DNA of 64,000 bases from the IMG/VR virus record IMGVR_UViG_3300027976_003475. One strand, 5' to 3'. Shown here one piece after another: positions 10,901 through 20,123 of this stretch. The notes under the pieces were generated by a model that had not been told where the DNA came from, ran no database searches, and saw only the letters and a list, made by a program, of their open reading frames with translations. Source of the stretch: a virus. The position numbers and the translations under genes are program-made. How positions within the stretch are numbered: position 1 is the stretch's first letter; each line of letters begins with the position of its first letter.

Positions 10901-11741
10901 CCGTGGCGGGGTCTTTGCCCGTGGCAAATCCCATGTTTTTCAGTCCGTCGACCCCGACGTAGTTGCGAAAGAAGGCCATGACGTCGGGGAGGATCAGCTC
11001 GTACCCCCGTCCGCGTTTGCTGACGGCCAGTAGCATCATGTCGGGCGAGTAGGGCTCCGCCGCGATGCCGATGCCGTAGGGCGGCACGGGGAGGCCCAGC
11101 GCGGCCGGGTCGACCGTCGGGTACGCCAGCGCGACGGGGGCGCCTCCAGGCCCCGGCGCGTCCGCCGCGCTCTCTCCGTCGGCGGCCTTCTGGTACGCGG
11201 ACCATGCGCCGGAGGTGATCGCGAGCTTGCCGCGCCCCCGTTCCATGAGCGCCTGAGCGCCGTCGAGGTTGTGCGTCGCCCACGGGAGCCACTCGCCGCG
11301 CGAGCCCTTCCCCGAGCGAAACCCCCACTCCCGCATTTGCTCTTTGTTGCCGAACTTTCGGAAGATAGCGAAGATGTCGCCACGGATCAGGAATCCTCGC
11401 GGGCGCTCCCAATCCAGCAGGAACGGGTACTGACTGAGGGGTGCGGACGCGAGTATCACGCCATGCGGCGGGAACTTCGCAGACGGCGCCTCGACGGCTG
11501 GCGCTGTCGGGGCGCCCAGGCGCGCGCGAATGGCAAGCACCGCCTTGGTGGCGCCGCGGACCTTGGCGACGTCCGCGGGCCCGAGGTCCAGCGCGAAGAG
11601 CGTACGGTCCTCTACGGCGTCCACCAGCTCCATGCGGACGCTTCCGCCCTCGCTCATGTAGAGCCGCACGCTTCGCGTGGGGTCGAGCGCCACGTCGCTC
11701 AAAAGACGATCGGCGCCGTTGCGCTTGCGGGGCGGCTTCAT
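7932..11741 (-). CDS. SNF2/SWI2-family (SMARCAL1/HARP-like) helicase with N-terminal extension
   Basis: LIADEPGLGKT, VVAPASL, VVDEVHKIK, LTGTPMPN, GVGITLTRA, ELDWVPGNVSQAEDRVHRIGQ. Confidence 0.93.
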   Translation of the reverse strand: MKPPRKRNGADRLLSDVALDPTRSVRLYMSEGGSVRMELVDAVEDRTLFALDLGPADVAKVRGATKAVLAIRARLGAPTAPAVEAPSAKFPPHGVILASAPLSQYPFLLDWERPRGFLIRGDIFAIFRKFGNKEQMREWGFRSGKGSRGEWLPWATHNLDGAQALMERGRGKLAITSGAWSAYQKAADGESAADAPGPGGAPVALAYPTVDPAALGLPVPPYGIGIAAEPYSPDMMLLAVSKRGRGYELILPDVMAFFRNYVGVDGLKNMGFATGKDPATGKWLPWASNHPTGIAELMAQLKTDLYLTPRAWALFVADTGLGLAPGEVPRLTITRNVGHKGFTVGGPEWAVQGLKAPLKDLGFEPHGVRMIAATIVPVYTLIRSNLSAKFDIPDDIVAEAAALGSGIAGSAIATGETCGVLIAPPGKTYLPFQCPGIAYAMQRNGTLIADEPGLGKTIQALGYVNNRPDVDSVVVVAPASLLTNWKREAERWLARPFAIYVADDTEAPVPPWANFVIVNYEKLIDVEFKETDFGPVEQVHDVVLLPAVKRGDKLWYGVRNTVNGRVVPDVRFGREDKAREAALEFSRYGEPYRQTSVLGTQQTLSYWWEKRGRRSKAPQYELCDASWKPMRAAVLPDEHRGHSRRGDVLEGTPTKRVRPSLILRDLMAREWGLLVVDEVHKIKGSGQEQQKSSVSILGLQAYDKTTRRHSVTKPGLSQRSRARIYLTGTPMPNRVVEMWPYIHDLAPAVFDNFFAFAFRYCDPQRNSYTNGWEFKGASNTGELFELLRGTMMVRRLKRDVLKDLPAKMRQIVMLPSSILEDAGVDIDMEAEQYEALMEAAEGIRERMSAAIEAKDEAGYQAAAAELLKLPRETYHISEISRARRNIAVAKVPYVVEHVENLMENGIEAVVVMAHHHEVQNALVKAFTARFGAGSTVLHTGGLAPQAKDEAVVKFQGLDLGGGKSQPHDPKCRVFVGSILASGVGITLTRAHNLVFAELDWVPGNVSQAEDRVHRIGQTEPVLIQHLIVDGSLDSKLVEAIIEKQAHSTAVLDTARGAMTFDTEEPRRPDWYPRPDDETVVGGVRKPRKPRDGDDLSPEEWAVQVILQYARDKRSMNPLNPYDLSIIEHVVKRHAEGLSESKARAAVAVAIKIAGTAHRSIVRAGSPMRGPRNAVEVWASRGLSILSESDADLARYRNDMGFSAADSAIGHALEAKAMVGALRDDEWRMAVRIASRYKHTQVGLPPALDGTPKSNPRPRAPAAPPRRRGR

Positions 11742-12005
11742 CGGGCGACGCTATCACCCCGGCGGCGCGGGTGTCGATGGAGCTGCGATGGCGGCCGCAG
11801 TCGACGGTTTTTATTCCTGGCGGGACGCGGAGGAGGGCGGGACCGACATCCGCACGAAACGGCAAATCATTTACCGTTTCGTGCGTGCCCCGCCAGAGCG
11901 CGAACCCCGGCCTCAAAGTCAGGGCAACCGGCGCTGATGGTGCAGCGACAAAAAGTGCTATCCGTCACCGCCGCCGACCCTTCTAGCCCGCGTCGGAGAA
12001 CACCC

Positions 12006-13631
12006 ATGGTTTCGATAAAGTCGCTGTTCTGGCCGCAATCCGAGACGGAGCTTGCAGCTCTCGCGGTGGCCCTCGGAGCGCGTGACGTGCCCGGATGGTC
12101 GGACGCCGAGGAGGCGCTTGTGCGGGGGCTGCCCCCAGCCTCGAAGGCCCACGTCGGGGAGGCGCTGGCGAAGATCCGCGGCGGAGGTGACCCGCTCGGC
12201 GACACGTTCTGCACGTTGCGTAACTCCATCGCGCGCCGCTCTTCGGGCGCGACGTACACGCCCGAGCCGATCGTGTCGTCGATGATGGCGTGGGCCGCCT
12301 CCCACGGGCCGATCGCGCGCGTAGTGGACCCTGGTGCGGGCTCGGCCCGCTTCTCCGTCGCCGCGGGCCGCACGTTGCCACGGGCCGCACTAGTGGCCGT
12401 CGAGACGGACCCGCTGGCCGCGCTTCTCGCGCGGGCTCACCTCGCGGCAGCGGGCCTCGCGTCGCGCGCCTCCGTGCGCGTCGAGGACTACCGCGGCCTG
12501 TCGTTGCCCGAGTCCGCCGGGCGAACGCTGTTCGTCGGCAACCCGCCTTACGTCCGCCACCATTTGCTTGGACCGAAGTGGAAGGCGTGGATGACGGCGA
12601 CGGCTCGCAGCCACGGGCTGACGGCCAGCCAGCTCGCGGGCCTTCACGTCCACTTCTTCCTCGCCACGCTCGAACACGCGCGCCCTGGCGACCTGGGAGT
12701 GTTCGTCACGGCGTCGGAGTGGCTCGATGTGAACTACGGTCAGGTCGTGCGTGACCTGCTCTTGGGCGGTCTCGGCGGGCGCAGCATCCACCTCGTCGAC
12801 CCCAAGGCGATGCCGTTCCCCGACGCGATCACGACGGCTGCCATCACCTGCTTCGAGGTCGCCGCGAAGCCGACGTCGATCTACATGTGCAGCGTCGAGA
12901 GCGTGGCGGACCTCGCGGACCTCGGCGGGGGGCATCCTGTGCGCCGCGACCACCTCGCCCTCGCGCCCCGGTGGAGCGTGTTCACGAAGCCGCCCACCGA
13001 CCGGCGCGAGGGGTTCATTGAACTCGGCGAACTCTGTCGCGTCCACCGCGGACAGGTCACTGGCGCCAACGCCATCTGGATCGCTGGCGACCATTCGGCC
13101 TTCCTCCCGCACTCGGTTCTGTTCCCGACGGTGACGAAGGCCCGCGAACTCTTTAGCGCGGGGGCGGAACTCGCGGACCCCGCGGCGCTGCGCCGCGTGA
13201 TCGACCTTCCAACCGATCTGGACGTCTTCGAGAAGGACGAACGGCGGGCGGTCGAGAAGTTCCTGCGGTACGCCCGCGAGAAGGGCGCCCACGACGGCTT
13301 CATCGCCAAGCACCGCCGCGCGTGGTGGTCCGTCGGCCTCCGCGATCCCGCGCCGATCCTCGCGACCTACATGGCCCGGCGCCCCCCGGCGTTCGTGCGT
13401 AACCGAGCCGCGGCCCGGCACATTAACATCGCGCACGGGCTCTACCCGCGAGAGCCCTTGAGCGAGCGGGTGCTGCGGCGCCTCGCCGCGTACCTCTCCC
13501 ACGGCATCTCTCTGTCCCAGGGCCGGGTGTACGCGGGCGGGCTCACGAAGTTCGAGCCCAAAGAGATGGAGCGTCTGCTCGTTCCGAGCCTCGACGTGCT
13601 CAGTAGAGAGGAAGAGTCTGCCGGTGGGTAG
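12006..13631 (+). CDS. Orphan N6-adenine DNA methyltransferase (Eco57I/XamI-like class)
   Basis: GATYTP, VVDPGAGSARF (motif I), FVGNPPYVRH (motif IV); GGAG RBS; no adjacent endonuclease. Confidence 0.88.
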   Translation: MVSIKSLFWPQSETELAALAVALGARDVPGWSDAEEALVRGLPPASKAHVGEALAKIRGGGDPLGDTFCTLRNSIARRSSGATYTPEPIVSSMMAWAASHGPIARVVDPGAGSARFSVAAGRTLPRAALVAVETDPLAALLARAHLAAAGLASRASVRVEDYRGLSLPESAGRTLFVGNPPYVRHHLLGPKWKAWMTATARSHGLTASQLAGLHVHFFLATLEHARPGDLGVFVTASEWLDVNYGQVVRDLLLGGLGGRSIHLVDPKAMPFPDAITTAAITCFEVAAKPTSIYMCSVESVADLADLGGGHPVRRDHLALAPRWSVFTKPPTDRREGFIELGELCRVHRGQVTGANAIWIAGDHSAFLPHSVLFPTVTKARELFSAGAELADPAALRRVIDLPTDLDVFEKDERRAVEKFLRYAREKGAHDGFIAKHRRAWWSVGLRDPAPILATYMARRPPAFVRNRAAARHINIAHGLYPREPLSERVLRRLAAYLSHGISLSQGRVYAGGLTKFEPKEMERLLVPSLDVLSREEESAGG

Positions 13632-13698
13632 CAAGGGCGCGCGTCGCTTTCCGCTGGTCCGAGCTCGCGCCCGACCGGCGCGAGGGGTTCATTGAACT
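12997..13698. repeat. 28-bp direct repeat at 12997-13024 and 13671-13698
   Basis: ccgaccggcgcgaggggttcattgaact occurs inside the MTase gene and again just downstream of its stop. Confidence 0.9.
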
Positions 13699-13779
13699 TG
13701 GCGGTCACGCGACGGGACGCGACGTTTTCATGGCAGGCGGCAGGCTATCACGGCCCGTAAAAGCGGAGTACGTTGCGCC

Positions 13780-14184
13780 ATGGCGAACAGACGAGACGTG
13801 GCGCGCGCGCGCGCCGGGGCGAAGGACTTACGAGACGCGGACCTCCGGGGAGCTGTGCTCGACGGGCTTGATCTCAGCGGTACGGACCTCAGCGGCGCGG
13901 ACTTGAAGGGCGCGGACCTCAGCGACGCCCGGTTCGACAACGCCCGGCTCCGCGGCGCGAGCCTCCGAGGCGCGACTCTTACCGGCGCCAGCTTCGTCGG
14001 GGCAGACCTCCAGAACGCCGACCTCAGCGGCGCGCTCCTGATCGCAGCCGACCTCAGCGCGTCGGACTGCTTTCGAGCGCTCTTCCGCGGCGCCAAGATG
14101 ACGCACGCGAGGTTTCGTCACGCCTATTGGGCCGAGGCGGATTTCAGCGGGGCCACCGGCCCGGTCGCCGCGCCGGGCTCCTGA
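13780..14184 (+). CDS. Pentapeptide-repeat protein
   Basis: ADLRG/ADLSG/ASLRG/ATLTG repeats. Confidence 0.9.
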   Translation: MANRRDVARARAGAKDLRDADLRGAVLDGLDLSGTDLSGADLKGADLSDARFDNARLRGASLRGATLTGASFVGADLQNADLSGALLIAADLSASDCFRALFRGAKMTHARFRHAYWAEADFSGATGPVAAPGS

Positions 14185-14188
14185 TCGG

Positions 14189-14569
14189 TCATCGGGGAAG
14201 GCACACCTGCGCGCCGTCGTAGCGCGCCCGGCACTCGTAGCGCCCCGACGCACCGCTCCACTTGTCGCAGTCCGCATCAGCCACACAAACCGGCTCGCAG
14301 TAGGCGCGGCCCGACGGGAGCGCGGTGCAGAGCGCGCGCGCGCCATCGGGCATCGTCCCGCACGCGGGGCCGCCCACCTCGCAGGCGCCGAACGGCGGCA
14401 CCTCGCAGGCGCCCGCGGCACAGGTCATCCCGCCGCCGCACGTCCCGCAGGCGCGGCCGGTGTCGTCCAGCCCGCACGTCCAGCCGAGCGCGGCGCACTC
14501 GCGCGGCGCGTCGTCGGCGCATCCAAGCGCGAGCACCACGGCCATCAGCGCGAGCACCACGGCCATCAT
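14189..14569 (-). CDS. Cys-rich lipoprotein of myxobacterial type
   Basis: Signal peptide with LALGC lipobox; many Cys, including CGTCGGGMTCAAGAC and CVADADC. Confidence 0.7.
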   Translation of the reverse strand: MMAVVLALMAVVLALGCADDAPRECAALGWTCGLDDTGRACGTCGGGMTCAAGACEVPPFGACEVGGPACGTMPDGARALCTALPSGRAYCEPVCVADADCDKWSGASGRYECRARYDGAQVCLPR

Positions 14570-15009
14570 TCCCCCGGCTCCGTCAGCGCACCCGCCACCG
14601 GCCCGTCCTCAATCGACTCGGGCAGCGAGAGCTCAAATGTCTCGTCGTCGACCGCGTTCTCCAGCGTTTCGACATCCATCTCGGCGACCTCGTTCCAGCT
14701 ATCAAGAAATGCGCTGTACTCCTCGCCCTTTTCGCCCTCCTGCCAGCGCTCGCTGCGCTCGTCGAAGTGCTCCTGCGCGGCGTCACGGATAGCGGACGCG
14801 AACGCCTTGACGTCTTCGGCCGCGCTCGCCCAGGCGGCCCACGCCGCTTGGGTGGCGTCGCTGACCTCGGTCGGGCGACGCGGCGACTCGTCGGCCGCCG
14901 CCATGTCGTTCCACTGATTGACCAGCGGCTCCAACGTCTCGCGCGCCTGCTCCATGGCCTGCGAGAGCCGCTCCCACTCATTCCCTTGCACCCTGCTCAG
15001 TTTCTTCAT
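14566..15009 (-). CDS. Acidic helical hypothetical protein
   Basis: AAGGAG RBS; ATGA overlap. Confidence 0.65.
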   Translation of the reverse strand: MKKLSRVQGNEWERLSQAMEQARETLEPLVNQWNDMAAADESPRRPTEVSDATQAAWAAWASAAEDVKAFASAIRDAAQEHFDERSERWQEGEKGEEYSAFLDSWNEVAEMDVETLENAVDDETFELSLPESIEDGPVAGALTEPGE

Positions 15010-15137
15010 GCTGCTCCTTGCGCCGATACTACGCCGCCAAGGGTTCAACGGACGCCTCTCCTCGAAACTTCACACGCTCCCTGCATTTTCCGACCTGGGA
15101 GGTTTCCGGCGCCGACACCTCGCGATACGCTGCGCCC

Positions 15138-15509
15138 ATGTACGGTCGACGCGCTTCGGATTCTGCGCTCCTGCACGCCTCTTACGGCCACGTTCGCCCC
15201 GCGGCGGGAATGTGCGACGGGCCGAACCCGCCACCGGGATGCGCGGGCATGGTCACCCTGCCCTCCTCGCCCCCTGCCCCCGCGCCCACGGGGACGGGCG
15301 CGCGGGTGGTCACGCCGGAGCCCGCGCCGGTCACCAGCCTGCTCTGGACGGCGCTCCGCGCGGTGTCGGTCGGGGCAAGCGCCTACCACGGCACGCGGCG
15401 AAACGACTCCGTGGCGTGGGGCGTGACCTGGGGGCTGCTCGGGTGGTTTGCCCCGGTCATCACCCCGGCGGTCGCAGCCGCGCAGGGCTTCGGGAAGCGC
15501 CAGCGATGA
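15138..15509 (+). CDS. Small membrane protein (putative virion protein)
   Basis: AYHGTRRNDSVAWGVTWGLLGWFAPVITPAVAAAQGFGK hydrophobic C-terminus. Confidence 0.65.
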   Translation: MYGRRASDSALLHASYGHVRPAAGMCDGPNPPPGCAGMVTLPSSPPAPAPTGTGARVVTPEPAPVTSLLWTALRAVSVGASAYHGTRRNDSVAWGVTWGLLGWFAPVITPAVAAAQGFGKRQR

Positions 15510-18500
15510 TCCTCCGCAAGCGGAACAGCGAGGGGGGCGCGAAGGCGCTGGTAGACGTCGCGATCGACGCGGAGAGGTCGGTGCGTTTGCTCTCCAGCGA
15601 GGGCGCCGGTTTCATTGGCTACCCCCCGCGGGTGCAGCTCGTACGCACCGCGTCCGGGGAGCTGCTGCTCGACATTCCCCTCCACGACGCCACGACGGCA
15701 AGTGTCCGCGATGCGGTGGGCGCGATCATGCGCTTGCGCGCCCGCTTCGCCGCACCAGTCGCCCCTGACGCCACGGCCGCGCCGCTGTCTCCGCTGGAAG
15801 CCGCGATGCTCGACGCGAACGCCCGGCGCGCGTTCGCGGGCGCCTGGGACGCTCCTGCACCCTTTGGGCTGCTGCCACTGCGCGCCGACCGACACCCCGA
15901 CGGGGGCCTGCGGCTGGTGTGGATTCGCGTGGCCGTGCCCGAGGGATTCCTCGAACCGTTGGGGCCCAAGGAGCGCCGCGGCGAGACGGGGCATTTGAAC
16001 CAGAGCACCCTACCGCCGGGCTTCGTCGAGTCCCGCGCGACGCAGGAGACATGGTGGCCGGTCAAGATTGGCTCTCTCGATCCCTCGCCCGAGTGGCGCG
16101 AGGTGGCGAGCTACCGCACCCGGCCGTTTCCCGAAGATCCGCGCGCCTCGAAGACCCTTCACGAAACGCTCGACGACGCGGAGGAGCGCTCGGGTTACAA
16201 GCAACCGGCGAAGCTCCGCGAGGTGCGTCAACGCCACTGGCGCGGCGTGTCCTTCTACCTCTGGCGCCGCTTCCCCGTCGCGCCCGAGGTGATGCAGTCG
16301 TACCCGGACCTCGCGCAATTCTACGCGACCGACATGGTGGCGGCGCAGACCTTCGCAGAGAAGCGCGTGGAGACCGAAGCGCTCGACAACCCGGAGAACC
16401 CGGACGTGACGGTCGAATGGTCCGCGGAGTCGGGCCTGCTGATCCACACGCGCGGGAAAGACCCCGCCATCATGGCAGCCATCCGCGGGCTCCGCGTGGC
16501 GCGTTTCAAATGGTCGCGCACGATGGGCTGCTACTACCGCCCGCAGAGCGTGGGGGTCAGCGAGAGCACCGTGGACATCGACCGCGTGGCGGGCGAACTC
16601 CGCACCGCGGGCCTGACCGTCGCCGTCGACCGCGGCGAGGTGGGCAGCCTGGGGGATGCGAATGTCCGCCGTCAGGCACATAAATTCTGGCGGGCCGAGC
16701 GCTACGCGCAGCGGGGCGAGGCGGCGCTGGAGAAGGCCACCGGCTTCGAGACGCGCGCGGACGGCATCCGCGCGGACCTTCCCGTCGGGGCCCCGACGAA
16801 GCGCGCCGAGCGCGCGGAGGAGCGCGCCGAGCGCGCCGAGGCCAAGGCGGGCGATGAGCTCGCGTACGCAGGGCACGCGGCGTCGGTGTCGGAGAACCTC
16901 GCGCGCGTCGCCGCGGGCTACGAGACCACAGCGACCCTCACCCGGCGCGAGGCAGAGAAGCGCGCCGATGCGTTCGCGGCCCTCTTCGTCCACAAGGTCA
17001 AGGGCGCCGTCGGCGCGGCTCAACTCCGCAGCGACAAGACCGACAACCTCTCCGCGTACAGCATCTCGTGGGTGGTCGTGTACCCACCGGCGGCGGGCGT
17101 GTTGGGCATGGTGCGGTACGACGGGCGGGTGATCGAAGTCGCGGCGCGCGCGACGGCGAAAGTCGTCGAGCGGAACGAGTACCTGTCAGTGCGTAGCCTC
17201 ACCGCCACCGCCGTAGGAGGCCATAACGCTTACCGCGAAGACGTCACCGCCCTGGACGCGCAAGCGATCTACGACCGCGTAATCCAGGCGCTCCCCGGGT
17301 TCGTGGCCGCGCCCGCATCGGCGCGCATTCCCGCATCGGCGCTGGAGCTCGTGACCGACCTCGCGCAGTACGCCACGCGCCGCGCCGCGAAGGTGTCGGC
17401 CGCCGCGGGGCGGCCGGTGCAGTTTCGCGCGTACCCCCACAAGGGAGACGATCCCACCGCGAGCATCGGCTACTTCGGGGCGTGGAGTTACGAACTGTCG
17501 TATCAGATGCGGCAGGTGGACGGGCTTCGGTTCCGTTTCGCCCTCCACAAGTCGTCGGGCGTCTACGGGGCTCCGCGTGAGGACCGATTCACGACCGACG
17601 CGGTGGATTTCGCCGGGCTGTCGATCGAAGAGGCGTTCGAGTTGTTCCTGGCCGGGACGCGCGCGTTGTTCACGCAGACCCCGCTGGTGGCCCCGGCCGC
17701 GCGCAAGGTGCCGCGCCCGCGCGTCGCAGGGGCCTCGCGGGCGACGGCGCCGGAGCGGAGCGGCGTCAGCGGGGTCGAGGCGCGCGACGCCGCTGCGCGC
17801 GACGCCCAGGCCCGGCGCGCGGAGCTGGGGGAGGCATCGGCGGCGGTATCGGCGCAAGCGAGCGCGCGCCTGCGGAGCCTCCAGGCGTCGGCGGAGGCGG
17901 TCTCGTCGCATGAGCAGGCCATCGACCGGGCGAGGGGCGAGGGCCACACGGCGGGGTTCTACCCAACGCCGCCCACCCTCGCGCGCGCGATGGCGGAGGC
18001 GGTGGGCGTGCGGGCCGGTGAGCGGGTGCTCGAACCGAGCGCGGGCATGGGCGCCCTGGTCGAAGAGCTGGTGTCGCGCGGCGCCGCGGTCGACGCCGCG
18101 GAGTTCAACGAAGCGCGCCGCGCGTACCTGCGAGCCGCGTTCGCCGGGCGCGCGAACATTCTCGACGCGGAGGATTTTCTCGTGATGCCCCCGACCCCCT
18201 ACTACGACGCGGTGGTGATGAATCCGCCCTTTGCGGTCGAGGGGATGCGTCAGGCCGACGCGGTGCACGTCGAGCACGCGCTGCGATTCCTGCGCCCCGG
18301 CGGGCGCGTCGTGGCGCTCATGTCGCCGGGCTCCGTGGACGCCTCGACGGGGCGGCGCCGGGCGGCGCTCCACGCGGCGTTGCAGGGCTTCGGGGTGCAG
18401 TGGGTGCCCGTCGAGGCGGGGCGGTTCCGCATCAGCGGGACCGACACCCCCACGGTGATGCTGGTGGCGACCGCGCCGAAAGCGAACCGTCGTCCGCTCC

Positions 18501-18511
18501 GGCGCTGGTAG
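15506..18511 (+). CDS. Large DUF3560-like + C-terminal SAM-dependent DNA methyltransferase fusion (DarB-like)
   Basis: FKWSR..RAERYAQRGEAA..GIRADLPVG (DUF3560-like); GFYPTP, VLEPSAGMG, VVMNPPF. Confidence 0.8.
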   Translation: MILRKRNSEGGAKALVDVAIDAERSVRLLSSEGAGFIGYPPRVQLVRTASGELLLDIPLHDATTASVRDAVGAIMRLRARFAAPVAPDATAAPLSPLEAAMLDANARRAFAGAWDAPAPFGLLPLRADRHPDGGLRLVWIRVAVPEGFLEPLGPKERRGETGHLNQSTLPPGFVESRATQETWWPVKIGSLDPSPEWREVASYRTRPFPEDPRASKTLHETLDDAEERSGYKQPAKLREVRQRHWRGVSFYLWRRFPVAPEVMQSYPDLAQFYATDMVAAQTFAEKRVETEALDNPENPDVTVEWSAESGLLIHTRGKDPAIMAAIRGLRVARFKWSRTMGCYYRPQSVGVSESTVDIDRVAGELRTAGLTVAVDRGEVGSLGDANVRRQAHKFWRAERYAQRGEAALEKATGFETRADGIRADLPVGAPTKRAERAEERAERAEAKAGDELAYAGHAASVSENLARVAAGYETTATLTRREAEKRADAFAALFVHKVKGAVGAAQLRSDKTDNLSAYSISWVVVYPPAAGVLGMVRYDGRVIEVAARATAKVVERNEYLSVRSLTATAVGGHNAYREDVTALDAQAIYDRVIQALPGFVAAPASARIPASALELVTDLAQYATRRAAKVSAAAGRPVQFRAYPHKGDDPTASIGYFGAWSYELSYQMRQVDGLRFRFALHKSSGVYGAPREDRFTTDAVDFAGLSIEEAFELFLAGTRALFTQTPLVAPAARKVPRPRVAGASRATAPERSGVSGVEARDAAARDAQARRAELGEASAAVSAQASARLRSLQASAEAVSSHEQAIDRARGEGHTAGFYPTPPTLARAMAEAVGVRAGERVLEPSAGMGALVEELVSRGAAVDAAEFNEARRAYLRAAFAGRANILDAEDFLVMPPTPYYDAVVMNPPFAVEGMRQADAVHVEHALRFLRPGGRVVALMSPGSVDASTGRRRAALHAALQGFGVQWVPVEAGRFRISGTDTPTVMLVATAPKANRRPLRRW

Positions 18512-18523
18512 CCGCGGGGCGGG

Positions 18524-19486
18524 TTAGATCGCGACGCCGCTGGCGAGCACCCACGCGGCGCCCGTGTACCAGCAGGGCAGCGGCCCGCCCGCGTTGTCGG
18601 TGCAGAAGGCCATCATGCCCACCACCGGCGCCGCGAACGCCCCGGCGCCGCCGGTGATGTTCGCGGTGGTCCCTGCCTCGATCTGCAACCGGCTCGGCCG
18701 GACGAGGCCGGAGCCCTTCGGCACGAGGTCGAGGTTGATGTTCGCGCCCGTGCCCTCGACGGAAACCTTCGGGCTGACGACGCCGTTCTGGCCCGTAGAA
18801 ATCGTGATGTCCTGATCGCTGTCCGCCGCGAACGGGAAGCCCACCCGCCGCACACCGGCGGCGTCGAGCACCTCATCGAAATACGGGCGGATGATACCGA
18901 CGAGGCCGGAGCCCTTCGGCGCCAGCGCGAGCGAAATGTCCGCATCGGCCCCGTTCGCCGTCACGCTCGGCGGCGTCCCCGGCGCGTTGCCCGCGGTGAT
19001 GTCGACCCATGCGTCCGCGAGGGCGACGGAGTTGATGCCCGCGACCTTGGTGCCGTCCGCCGCGAGCAGCGCCGTGTCGATCCTGGGGTTGGTCAGCGTC
19101 TTGTTGGTCAGCGTTTGCGCCGTGGTCGTGGTCACCGCGCCCGCCGTCACCAGCAGCGCGAGCAGGTCGGCGTCGCTGATCGCGGCGCCGATGCCCCCGA
19201 CCCCGAGGCGGACGTTGGTGTCCGGCGCCGCGGCGTCCAGCAGGACGTCCGCCGGAGCGGCGGGAAGCTCCGCGACGCCGGTGGTGATGGCCTTGAACAC
19301 CGACACGTTCGAGCCTCCTTGGCCCTTCTGGTACAGCGCCACAAATCCCCCGTCGAGGTCTGCGACCACCAGGGCGAACGCACCCCGAGAGAAGGCCCGC
19401 CGTCGGGCGGCAGAGGCCATGACGGCCGCCCACGCCGTTTCGGTGTAGGTGTTTGAACTTCGCCAGCGCTGGATCGATTTCGTCAT
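18524..19486 (-). CDS. Putative spike/fibre (receptor-binding) protein
   Basis: AQTLTNKTLT motif and twice-repeated I.L.L.PKGSGLV, typical of fibre proteins. Confidence 0.6.
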   Translation of the reverse strand: MTKSIQRWRSSNTYTETAWAAVMASAARRRAFSRGAFALVVADLDGGFVALYQKGQGGSNVSVFKAITTGVAELPAAPADVLLDAAAPDTNVRLGVGGIGAAISDADLLALLVTAGAVTTTTAQTLTNKTLTNPRIDTALLAADGTKVAGINSVALADAWVDITAGNAPGTPPSVTANGADADISLALAPKGSGLVGIIRPYFDEVLDAAGVRRVGFPFAADSDQDITISTGQNGVVSPKVSVEGTGANINLDLVPKGSGLVRPSRLQIEAGTTANITGGAGAFAAPVVGMMAFCTDNAGGPLPCWYTGAAWVLASGVAI

Positions 19487-19556
19487 CTCGGCATCGTACC
19501 CGCTCCGTTTCGGGACACAAGGGAGGCGGGAATGATAGTGTTTGCGCCGGAGGGTT

Positions 19557-20123
19557 ATGGGTCATCACACGTCTCGATTCGTCGCATTCGACTGCGAAAC
19601 CACAGGACTTGAAGCGGACGCCCGTATCATCGAACTCGCCGCCGTGCGGGTGGACGTCCCGACGGGCATTGTGGTCGCACGGTGGCGAACGCTGGTGAAC
19701 CCGGAGGTGCCCATCCCGGCCGCCGCGACGAGCGTGCACGGCATCACCGACGCCATGGTGCGCGAGGCGCCCACGATCGCGGAGGCGCTGCGGGAGTTCC
19801 TGGCCTTCATGGCGCGCGGCCCGGCGGTGGCGCATCACGCGCGCTACGACGTGCAGCGGTTGACCTTCGAGGCGCAGCGCGCGGGCGTCGCGCTCCCCGG
19901 CAACGTCCCGGTGTACTGCTCGATCGACGCGAGCCGCGTCGCGTTCCCCGGTGAGCCCAGCCGCGGCTTGCTGAACCTCGCGCGAACGCTCGGGCTCCCG
20001 CGCGAGGGCGCATCGCATCGCGCGGGCGGCGACGCCGCGCTGGTCGTGCAACTCATGCTGCGCTGCTTTGCGGCGGCACCCCGCGACCTGACCGGCTACG
20101 CGCCCGCGGTCGGGTCGCTTTAG
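19557..20123 (+). CDS. DEDDh 3'-5' exonuclease (DnaQ/epsilon-like)
   Basis: VAFDCETTGL, VHGIT, VAHHARYD, HRAGGDA. Confidence 0.9.
   Translation: MGHHTSRFVAFDCETTGLEADARIIELAAVRVDVPTGIVVARWRTLVNPEVPIPAAATSVHGITDAMVREAPTIAEALREFLAFMARGPAVAHHARYDVQRLTFEAQRAGVALPGNVPVYCSIDASRVAFPGEPSRGLLNLARTLGLPREGASHRAGGDAALVVQLMLRCFAAAPRDLTGYAPAVGSL

Noticed and set aside
18524-19486. Fibre motif as evidence of a tailed phage
   Set aside because: Isolated gene with no baseplate, tube, tape-measure or terminase genes; spikes of tailless viruses can use similar fibre repeats
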